Shown: one piece after another, positions 38,401-48,431 of the stretch
Layout: every line of letters starts with the position of its first letter
Numbering within the stretch: position 1 is the stretch's first letter
Assembly (NCBI GenBank): GCA_964276515.1
Contig: OZ193910.1
Span: 2,480,001 to 2,544,000, forward strand
Direction of reading: 5' to 3'
Source of the DNA: Gordius albopunctatus
Lineage: Eukaryota
DNA: 64,000 bases
Notes under the pieces: model-generated
The model's input: the letters and a program-made list of their open reading frames with translations, nothing else
The model's database searches: none
Told to the model about the DNA's origin: nothing
Translations under genes and position numbers: made by a program

Positions 38401-41400
38401 GCACACATGTGTAGTGTATTGCGAACAATGAAATGGCTTTGGCTACATAAATATAAATGATCCAATCCTTTCCATAATGGAGTAGGGCAAAGATTTAACT
38501 GAACGCGATAAAAATGTAATAAAATAATTTACTACCAGAGAGTAAAATGGTTTCTTCCATAGTATTAGATTAGAGTAGCAGTTTACATGGGCGTAGCCAG
38601 CATTAAAATTAGAGGTGGCAATAATGATTTAGGGAGGGGCAAAATGATCATTTTTTGAAAATTTAGACATAATTTTAATACATTTTAACAAATTTTTGAG
38701 TTTAGAGGGGGCAGCTGCCCCTTCCTGCCCCCCCCCCTTGTCTACGCCCATGGTAGTTTAAATCGTTGTGATTTTATTCTTTTATAATATAATCTGAAAA
38801 TTAAAAATTTTTGATCTTGAGACAAACCAGTTAAACTAATTTATTCGAAATAAAATTTAATTTTGAAGAAATTAAAATTAGGACATTATATAAACATACA
38901 ATGAAGATTTAAGCGATAGAAAAAATCTAGTCAAATTTATTATGGCCCAAAATTGTTTATAAGCGAATTTTTCTTTTTTCAAGGAAAATTAATTTGATAA
39001 AATTTTGGGCATGCCCGAATCTTATCAGCGTGCCCGTCCGGGCCCGCCCGAAAATTAAAATTTAAGGCAGTTGCCCGGCCCGTGGGCCGGGACGGGCGGG
39101 TCTGGCAGCGAGCCGGGCATTTCTAGTCTCTGCTACTGACCAATGAAAAAATGACCGTTGGCCAAATTATGAATCGAAATTTTTTCTTTCCATTTTTGAA
39201 TTGGTATATTAGGTTAAAATTGATAATTACCCTATGCTCTCCCCTACAAGGGCCTATACCTCTACTGATATGGTTCCCCCTGCCCCTCCACACAAAAGCC
39301 TATGCCTCTATTAATGTGAGTTCGAATCCCGGCGAGGGCAAATTCTTAATTGCTGGTTCAATACCTGGAAAGGACAAATTTTTTTTAATTATATGGAAAA
39401 TTTGTATAAATAATTAACTAATAATTTTGCATTTTATACCCGCCTATAGGCATTCTCGCCCCTTCCCACCTTTCTTGCCCATAAATTGCATAGCAAATAT
39501 GCTAATTATTATCCAATCATGGACGTTAGGCAGCCATGATTGGACCTGTGGGTTCTTGCAGGGCAAGCCTGCTATCGCCCACAAGGTTTATTATTAATAA
39601 ACTAACACTATATATGACCATATGATATGACGTAACGAATAAAAGTTTTGGCGAAATTTTGTGATATAAAGTATATATAAGGTGAATAGAAGGTGCTATA
39701 TATAAAGGTGTAAGATCGCGAAATCCAAAAGAGCGAGCGTAAAATGGTGGTAATTTTTTATATATCCGCGTAATTTTAATGCGCGATTGGGTTAGATTGG
39801 TTCTGGATCTTTGTTCACCGGAATTTCGCCACCTGCCCATGTGTCCCAGTCGAATAGTTCGTCCTCTTCCTCTTAGATATCGGGGAACAACTGGCCCTCC
39901 AGCGGGATACCTGCGATAATGGATGTAACCGTGTAACGTTCTGGTTGGATCCAGGTGCGTGAGGCGTAGTCGGCCGGATTGTCATCGGTTGGCGTCCATT
40001 GCACGTTTTACCTGATGGCTAGGAGGGCGTCCAGGCCGTATTCTTTTACGAATCTTGAGATGAGGTCCTCGATGGCCGGGGAGTTGGAGCCGCCCTTCAT
40101 CAGGACGTAGTAAGCGGTTGATGAATCGGTGCGGATGCGAGGAAAGGGATGGCCATCTTTTTTTCCCCCCAGGTATCCGTATAGTGCTCCGATGGTTTCT
40201 GTGAGCGTGATGTGGGGGTTGTCGGGAAGGGTGTAATTCATGGCTGTCGCAGCATCCGCGAATTTGATTGAAAATTTTCTGTCAGGGCAGAATATTCCGA
40301 TATGTTCGTTTGACGCATCCGTATAGATGGTGATATCAGGGATAATGCATAGGGGGATGAGGTGTTTTAAGGATTCGATGATGGCGAATAATTTGAAGCA
40401 TGCCGTATTCATATTGAACAGGCGAGAGCGGTTCGAGAGGTATGCATAGAACGGAGCTAGCAGCTTCGACATGCCGGTTAAGTTGTACAGAAAATAATTT
40501 AAGACGCCTAAGGCCTCTAAGAGGACTTGTGTGGGGGGAGCCGTGTTAGTGGTCCACGTGTAAAAAAGGATGTCGGAGGCATATTCAAGTCGCGTGATAA
40601 CCTGCGGCGTACACCGAATTGAATGGTCCTCGAATGATATTTGGAGTACCAGGTATTCTATGTCCCTTTCAGGGAGTAGGGAGGACTTCTGGGCATTGAC
40701 CGTGAGACCCCATTCTGCGGCCAGTGAATAGATTGATTCTAAGTCCTCCTGGACATCCGTGTATGAATCTCCGTAGATCAAGATATTGTCAAGGTATACA
40801 TTATATTTGCACCTGGTGACTGCCTTGGCAGTGAGGTCTGCTACGATCATTTGGAGTACATAGGGGTAAAAGGATGCCCCCATGGGGAGGACTTTGTAGC
40901 GGAATTTCCGTGTTAGGAATGTGTAAGCGGTGTATTTTCGGGCCGAGACGTTAAGCGGTATACTAAAAAAGGCGGCCTTGAGGTCAATTTTGTCGGCGTA
41001 GAACGCTCGGCTGAGTTGTCTTGACGTCAGAGATATTGATGCGAGTTTGATGGGATAATGGACAAAATTCTTCGATACTTGGTATAGATCTATTAATACA
41101 CGGGCGTCGCCGTTGGACTCTGGAATAAAAAAAGGTTGCCGATTTTACTATTTAAGGATGTCGGAGGCATATTCAAGGCGCGTGATAACCTGCGGCGTAC
41201 ACCGAATTGAATGGTCCTCGAATGATATTTGGAGGCCCAGCTATTCTATGTCTCTTTCAGGGAGTAGGGAGGACTTCTGGGCATTGACCGTGAGACCCCA
41301 TTCTGCGGCCAGTTAATAGATTGATTCTAAGTCCTCCTGGACATCCGTGTATGAATCTCCGTAGATCCGGATATCGTCAAGGTATACTTTATATTTGCAC

Positions 41401-44091
41401 CTGGTGACTGCCTTGGCGGTGAGGTTTGCTACGATCATTTGGAGTACATAGGGGGAAAAGGATGCCCCCATGGGGAGGACTTTGTAGCGGAATTTTCGTG
41501 TTCGGAATGTGTAAGCGGTGTATTTTCGGGCCGAGACGTTCAGGGCTATGCTAAAAAAGGCGGCCTATACTTTCAGACAATGATCGACGCAGGTGTGGTG
41601 GAGGAAACCTCCGGAGAAATAGTAAAATCGGCAACCTTTTTTATTCCAAAGTCCAACGGCGACGCCCGTGTAATAACAGATTATCCAATCATGGCTTTTA
41701 GGCAGCCATGATTGGACCTGTGGGTTCCTGCAGGGCAAGCCTGCTATCGCCCACAGCGTTTATTATTAATAAACTAACACTATATATGACTATATGACAT
41801 GACGTAACGAATAAAAGTTGTGGCGAATTTATGTGATATAAAGTATATATGAGGTGAATAGAAGGTGCTATATATAAAGGTGTAAGATCGCGAAATCCAA
41901 AAGACCGAGCATAAAATGTTGGTAATTCTTTATATATCCGCGTAATGTTAATGACTTTTATACGGAGTATAGATAAATTTCGTTCCCCCTTCCCCCCCCC
42001 CTTCCCTCGAGGGCCGAAGGCCCAAGTCTCATTATTACGGATTGAATAACACAATAAATTAAGTTAGGTTGAATGTAAAACTTTGTCTAAATTCGCTACT
42101 TATTTTTCCATAGGCGTCAACGAAGAGAAGAAAAATAGGATGGGCGACGAATCTCCTGTTTTATGGGAAGCTAAAGATGATAATTCCTTGGTTGCCAAAA
42201 CAAGAACTTGCTGCAAGAACCGCTCCACTGGCAAACCCATAAATGTATTGGATATGTGTTTCGCGACGGTCAGACAAATGCGCGACCCACGACAAGTACT
42301 ACTTATCCCTTTATCCATGTACAGCGGACTCCAACAAGGCTTTATGGCGGCCGATTACACCAAAGTGAGTGTGCGATACACTTTAATCCCAGTGAAAATT
42401 CTAAAAAAAACTTGTTTTTAGAAGGATTTTGATGAGAATTCTCCGTCTAATGTAGCTTGATATAAAGTTGAGTCTAAATCCATCTGTGTTCACCTATGTG
42501 TTTATCTTTAAGTGACACAAACATTTTATAATGTCAAAGTCAAATTATATAAACCTGTTCTAGTAACCATATATAACGAGGAGGATGTAATGTAAAATCA
42601 TTAAATATATTAGATTTACAAGGACAAGGTCATAAGCATTGGATGACACTAAAAAGGAGCCAAACGACCGTTTAATTTTTGAAAAACGCTATGTATTAAA
42701 ATGTTGCTTCACTCTGCTTAAGACATCCAATTTATTTTGTATCAAATTGACTCTAAATATGTTTGATGATGCAACCAATTCACTTTTAGTCTAACTTAGC
42801 TACTATTGCCCAAAGCCTCCTTCATCAGTTATTTTAGGCCTACATAACTCTTTTTACTCTGACACCACTTGAAAGTCTATATGGGTGGGATTTTTTCCTA
42901 ATGAGTAGTGACTTGACACAGCCTATAGTGCAAAACCCAACTAAAATATCCACTAATTTAAAAATTTGATCATAATTATACCCGCTAAATGTCACAACAT
43001 ATTATTGTTAGTTCGACCATTAGCCCAAGTGTGGATACAGCGACTTGAAAGAGCTCTGATAAATAACCGCATTGCAGCTTTACTGGCTTAAAAACTGCGA
43101 AAAACTACCTAATCTCTCAGGACATATGTTTAATTTTGTTTTGTGTAATGAATGTTAAACTCCTCACTCCATATAATTAAATCACAGTTATATCACTTCC
43201 ATTATGTCACGCAAAATTATATCTTAAATTTCTATAACTCCTTAAATCTGTTTTATGATCGTGTAAACAAAGTTAATGCATTGAATTAATTTTATTTTAT
43301 ACTTTCAGTCTTACGTGACTTGCATATACGGAGTCAAATACATAGGATTCACCATGATGGCTTATGGCATAGTGAATGCCTTAATGTCACCTACATCAGG
43401 CTACTTAAACAAAAAAGTTCCCAGATGGGTCCTGTTCGGAACCGCAGCCATTTTACACTTTTCCATTTTTCCCGTTCTCGCCTTTAGGACCGTGAAGTTT
43501 GCTCAAAATTTATATCTCGTCTTCCTAATCGCAGGTCTTTGGGGAGCGTTCGACGGAATATTGCAACCCCAAATTAATGGTGATGGTTTTAACATTTAGT
43601 TATTATATCATTATAAATTTATAGTAGTTTTGTAAAAACTGCTGGGATTTGTTTGGTCGACCTTTGGTTTTAATCGACTAAAAATAAAAAAATAAAAGAT
43701 TTTTTGGTCACTTTTTCTTCGTCGGCCTCTAGGCTTTATTGATATTAAAAAAAGACCAGAGTAGACCACTAATCTTAGTTAAACCAAAGGTTGACCAAAC
43801 AAAATCCAGCCGTTTTTACAACAGTAATTTATAGTATAATCAAATATTTTTGAAATAGCTTTGTACGGTTCAATATTCGTGAAGAATCGCGAGCCTGCTT
43901 TCTCAAATCACCGTTTGTGGGAATCCTTGGGATTTATCATGAGCTTTGGCTATCACGATTTATTGTGTATTAGGTCTAAATTGTTTGTTCTGTTTGGATT
44001 ACTACTAATTTGCTGTTGCACATACGTATCGGTGGAAATACTTCAAAAAGTAAGAGAGAAGAATATGCCAGCTGACGTTTTAGACAGGTAA
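35466..44091 (+). CDS. UNC-93-like MFS membrane protein (UNC93A-like); exons 35466-35712, 36120-36728, 42114-42364, 43309-43579, 43859-44091
   Basis: KNVVVLS.AFFLLF.AFQ..SLQTSIN, GL.AGPLWT..TYIT, FFQSG.I.GNLISS, CGGNYC, LLIPL.MYSGLQQGF..ADYTKSYVTC, AFSNHRLWESLGF. GT-AG junctions are phase-consistent. Confidence 0.92.
37658..39132 (-). mobile_element. hAT non-autonomous transposon nested in the HINE-like copy
   Basis: CAGAG...CTCTG ends; exact 8-bp TSD CTACTGAC (37650-37657, 39133-39140); CCCGA/GGCCCG subterminal repeats. Remnant at about 38100-38260 reads ILFAIPATSAASERSFSIAGRLIEERRTRLSPE. Confidence 0.9.
38586..38752. mobile_element. MITE, CATGGGCGTAGCC-TIR family, nested in the hAT
   Basis: TIR CATGGGCGTAG / CTACGCCCATG; flanks GCAGTTTA/GTAGTTTA (8-bp TSD, 1 mismatch). 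Confidence 0.8.
39508..39781 (-). repeat. Terminal direct repeat A of the RT-RH element
   Basis: About 17 mismatches over 274 bp versus 41680-41953 (hand count). Confidence 0.92.
39792..41153 (-). pseudogene. RT-RNase H polymerase reading frame (5'-truncated, one frameshift, two in-frame stops)
   Basis: SATFFIP.SNGDARVLIDLYQVSK, IDLKAAFFSIPL, FRYKVLPMGASFYPYVLQ, YLDN (YLDD in the duplicate at about 41373-41385), IYTDAS, HITLTE, IRTDSSTA, WTPTDDNPADYASR. Confidence 0.85.
41680..41953 (-). repeat. Terminal direct repeat B of the RT-RH element
   Basis: As repeat A. Contains minus-strand TATATAA, AATAAA and two adjacent stem-loops. Confidence 0.92.
43625..43826. mobile_element. hAT-type MITE (second family) in UNC-93 intron 4
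   Basis: Long imperfect TIRs TAGTTTTGTAAAAAC / GTTTTTACAACAGTA; exact 8-bp TSD ATTTATAG (43617-43624, 43827-43834). Related copies at about 35275-35370, 52247-52437 and 58225-58320. Confidence 0.82.
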
Positions 44092-46199
44092 TTAGTTTCA
44101 ATTGTCCAACATTTAATCTTGTTAATAGTCAACAGAATAGTCATTCCGAGTGATTATTGGGCTTGCTATTGTATATTATCGCCAGGAGTACTTTTAAGAT
44201 TTGTGATTTTTTTGAATATATTTTTACCCCACAACTGAAACATTTAAAGCCCTATATTCTTTTTAAAGGGTATTTAATGCTCATTTATTACAATGCAATA
44301 CATTGGTACCATTTATTTAACTCTAAGCACAATCGCTTTATTGATTTATACGAATCTTTATTTAAATAATGGCCATATTCCAATATCTAGATTGTATGAT
44401 TAATAAAGCTTCTGATTATTGTCTATTTTCAATTTGTATAGGATTTTGGTGGTAATGTATTATTTTACCTATGAATTGAAAAATTTATTCTTATGAAATA
44501 AAACTAGGACCAAGTGATTGTTTGTAGAAATCTGTAGGGGAAGGGTTTTAATGAGATAATCAATTCCTATTTCATAATTTGAAATATGAACGTAAGATTT
44601 CACAATCTAGTTTTAATTAAAATATATTAAAATCAAATAATCTATATTATAATTAATTGATTTTGACAACTCCCACCAGCAGCGCCCTTAGTAAGCTTAC
44701 GTCTTAACGAGGAAAGATTAGATCAAATCTTGAAAAATGAATTGTCTTTTGTTTTTAAATGACAATATTAAATTGTGATTCCGGAAATAAATCGCTATAA
44801 TATATGCCATATTTTAGTTACATCTTAAACATTAAGGCCTTATTATTTCACAAATAAAAACATTTAAGCAGTGAAAATTTTTTAAGCCCTGTTAATTAGG
44901 GCCACCTGTGTGGCTTAATTTTAAATTGTTGAATGCTAGCTGGGTGCTGGCCGAGAAAAATATATATTTATGGCCCTGCGATTCAATTCTTTAGCCCATG
45001 CAGATTTTTGTTGGCATAAGAGCGGTAAGCATGGATTGAAACTCTAGTTATCAATCATTTCAAACCTAATCTATGTTTTTTGGCCTAGCTAGCTTTTAAA
45101 TCGTTTTCTCAAACAATATATCACAAAAAAAGATTAATTTAAAATTAATTAAAACCAGAAAAGTTATATCGTTAAAATAGACGATTTTATGTACCTAATT
45201 AGAATACTGGTATCTTTATGATTTGGATATCCCTCTATTCACACTTCCTCTTACTCTATTCACAGTCATTCTAATTTGAATATCTTACGGCGATTTAATA
45301 ATGTTATTCATATTAACCTCGATACAATGCGATATAAACTAATGTTTAACGATAACAGGACATCTTTGGGTTATTTATTAATAAAGTAGAAATCCTCTAC
45401 AATTTCTCATTTCCCGCTATCATATCAATTTAGGAAAAGGAATCACATAGGCGATATTATGATTTATCATTATTATATCACCAAAATGCTTTATCAAACC
45501 TTAATTTATATATTTTTATGGCTGTTATCGTTACTTTTCAAAAGCAGCCGTTATTACCACTATCTCCAACCCTACTTGCTAAAGTAGTGCTTTAGAGCAA
45601 CATCATTAAAAATTATAAACGTTCTACAATTTATTGTAGGAATTTAAAATTTTAGACTAATATCGATAATTTTAATAATAATATATTTTATTCAAATTAA
45701 TTATTAAAAGTATCACATGGGTAAAATACATTGGTAAATAAAATACTACAAAAGAAAACGCGTTAAAAACTAATTGGATGGCATTGATCCGTGTATGGAA
45801 ATCGTGTTGGATTTGACGATTTCCATAGTGATCTTTTGCCTGATGTAGAAGAATTCTTTAGGTTCTTTTTATATTTTTAAACAAGATGAAATTTATATTT
45901 GTACAGGGTGCGATTTAAGTATGAGGAATAGGAATAGAGGGATATATCGGGCCGGGAAAGGATAAACCTTGCACCCCAAAAGGAGACATACTTTTCTTTC
46001 TTTTTTTACATCCTCTATATATTTTTATTAAGAAAAATCACAAAATAAAATAACGATTGAAATATAAAAATTATCGATACGATAACACGTGTATATCAAA
46101 TTCACTGATGCGTGTTGATAGAAATAACAAACACGTACAAGCGCGTGGTAAGGGGGGTAAGTCACACACACGTAAGTAAAATAAAATGTAAAGGAAAAG

Positions 46200-46850
46200 A
46201 CGTGTATACCACAGTTCTAAAGAAGAATTCGTCATCGCTTTCCCGATTTGTTTGAGGAAAGCGAGAGCCTCTGAGGTTGCCAATAGTGGTAGCTACCACG
46301 GGGATGAAAACTGTATTGGTGAGAGTGGAATATTTTTAGGCCTTTTTCTTCTCTGCCTTGATTATAAGGTCAGGGGAAGAGTTTGAGGGGGCGAAGATAT
46401 CGACTGTAGTAAAATCCCAAGTGAAATTAAGACCGCGGGACCTAGGTATGAGCGTTAACCCGTCTGGTCTTTTCCCGTCGGTCGTACTGAGGCCAACAGG
46501 CTCTAGGGTATTGAGATAACCGGCTTTTCGAAGGTACTGACCTATGATTTTGTTAATTCCCGCATGTCTGGGGTTGCGGCCTTTGCTCTACTTGCAGTGA
46601 AGAGGATGGTGTACATTGGGTTGGACAGGCTGTTTGCAGAGCTCCAACATATATGGGGAAACGATGTCGCAGCCGAGGCAGAGGCCTATGGCGATGCGTA
46701 ACTCTTCATCATACATATGAAGACTCAAATTCATGCTTGGGATCGCTTCGAGCTATTCATAACCGGTGTTGGAAATATAGTTTTCCCTGGCATAGTTAGT
46801 TCGAAGAGAGGAAAGCTACTGAACGTGCTTTTAGGGGAAGGTCCCATTCC
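46200..46850 (-). mobile_element. Remnant of a CRE-like (restriction-like endonuclease) non-LTR retrotransposon C-terminus
   Basis: Hand translation: LRIAIGLCLG..C....HPLHC..KGRNPRHAGINKII...LEPVGLSTTDGKRPDGLTLIP..GLNFTWDFT.VD..KKK..Y...FIPV (zinc knuckle plus PD-(D/E)xK-type region), with stops. Confidence 0.72.
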
Positions 46851-47222
46851 TTTTGAGTCACAATTATTTTAAAAATCTACAGCTTTATTTAAAAAATAAG
46901 CTACTATTAAAGTGAGAGTATTTGTAAAAGTTTAGCGTAAATACAGGCAAATCATACCAACATCAATAAGAAAGTAGAACAATTGTTATATGCATTAAGT
47001 GCGCTATAATTTGCCATTCAACGCTGAGCAGCTTTCTTCTTTATCTTATTCCAAACATCTAATTTGGAGACCATGAGCGAAAATGGAATTAAATACTGTA
47101 TACAAATGAATGTATTGGGTTGGGGGACCGTTTGGTTCTTCGTAGCTGCTGCCGCTGGACCAACGTTCTCTAAAGATGAAAAATAAAATATCTTCCAGCC
47201 CCATAAGGCTAACGAGTAGAAA

Positions 47223-47420
47223 GTGGCGTAGTGCGTAGAGGTTTAGTCTTTGAAGCAAGAGCTCGCAGGTTCCATCCCGCCTCTGACACTTATTTCAAAA
47301 AGATTAAAAATTACATCGTCATCACGGCTGTCAGGCCTGGATAGCCGAGCATCACCCCTCATCCAAATATCTAACGAAGCTGACCACCTTAAGTGACAAA
47401 CAGCGATTGGAAATCACGGT
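47223..47420 (+). mobile_element. tRNA-derived SINE, copy 2
   Basis: TGGCGTAGTG A-box-like and GGTTCCATCCC B-box-like motifs; colinear with 9868-10063. Confidence 0.7.
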
Positions 47421-47734
47421 CACATTCCCGCTATTTAAACACTGTCGATGCACTTCTCAATTTGCATGAGGGATGCCGACAGTTCAATGTACTGCACGTC
47501 TCCACTAATATGAGGCATGCGTTTTACATATTCGTCTGCTTCTAATTAGTTCCCATTTATTCACTTAACGAATTTTAGTTGACAAGATACAACACGCTAT
47601 CCTTCCTAGCTCATTTGCGTAAGCGCGTAAACGTTAAGTGATTTAACTACTTAACCACAACTACAACACTTCTTACAACCAATTTTCTTTGAATCGGAAC
47701 TACATTAAGTTTAGCCCTTATATTTTGATTCCTT

Positions 47735-47860
47735 ATTAGGTCTATTTTTGCTTTTTACCAAGATCCATCTTAACATTCGCATCTCTACTGTAGCCAAACT
47801 TTGCTCTTCTTTTGCCTTAATTTGCCCATGTTTCCGCTCCATACAATACCACCTTTCTAT
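47735..47860 (-). mobile_element. Old RTE LINE 3' fragment
   Basis: Minus strand gives VLYGAETW and EMRMLRWI-like pieces. Confidence 0.55.
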
Positions 47861-48431
47861 AAATGTGCTGTATTAATGGCGATTTGTTAAATTTGTTTCA
47901 TGCCTCACTATATTCTACTCTGCGTTAATCTTGATAGTTTAAATGGCATCGCAAAATTCTTAATACATCGGGCCAATTTTAAGCCGCTTTTCTTAAATTA
48001 AAACAAAATGGGGTAAGCTATATTATGGACAAAATTATCATTGAAAAGTGTTAGTTAAAGCTGTTATATCACTAGTCAAAAATAAGATTGCATTTTTTTA
48101 AATCGAATACAACTATCGTGACACGTCTAAAAAATGTAGTATAAAAATTAAAATTCTATGAGATTTTCCCATCGTAGAATTAAATGCTAGTACCAAATTA
48201 TAAAACTTGTCCATTACGTATATTTAAACTTTAATAAGCATTTAAAGCTTATATCTAGCTAAAGTTGGTGTCAGGAATTCATTGGAGCAAGTCTTGTATT
48301 TGAATAATCCAAACTAATACAATATGCTAGGCTTAAGGGCCAAACATATTTATATTGTACCCTAAATTTAAACGGCGAGTTTAAAGGCATTTTAATCATT
48401 TTAGGTACACATTTGGTACTAATTTTATGCC

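Larger units (their letters stand above)
39505..41953 (-). mobile_element. Rearranged RT-RNase H retroelement with 274-bp terminal direct repeats; hepadnavirus/HEART-like or DIRS/Ngaro-like
   Basis: Direct repeats at 39508-39781 and 41680-41953, an internal RT-RH frame, a duplicated RT segment and an inverted RT segment. No TSD, integrase or tyrosine recombinase seen. Confidence 0.8.
37555..42030 (+). mobile_element. Second DINE-1/HINE-like copy, interrupted by a hAT element and by the RT-RNase H element
   Basis: 37555-37657 and 39133-39504 align with parts of 14520-15788; 41957-42030 continues the same 3' block including the GGGCCGAAGGCCC hairpin. Confidence 0.7.

Noticed and set aside
39526..39840. 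Similar 104-aa and 118-aa ORFs (also 41698-42054) as a possible accessory or core gene of the RT element
   Set aside because: They run through the AT-rich terminal repeat, have unrelated N-termini (one starts in host repeat sequence) and show no recognisable domain. Not fully excluded.
41684..41756. Hammerhead ribozyme / Penelope-type pseudo-LTR
   Set aside because: No CUGANGA and GAAA core in the right arrangement on either strand; the RT is followed by RNase H rather than a GIY-YIG domain.
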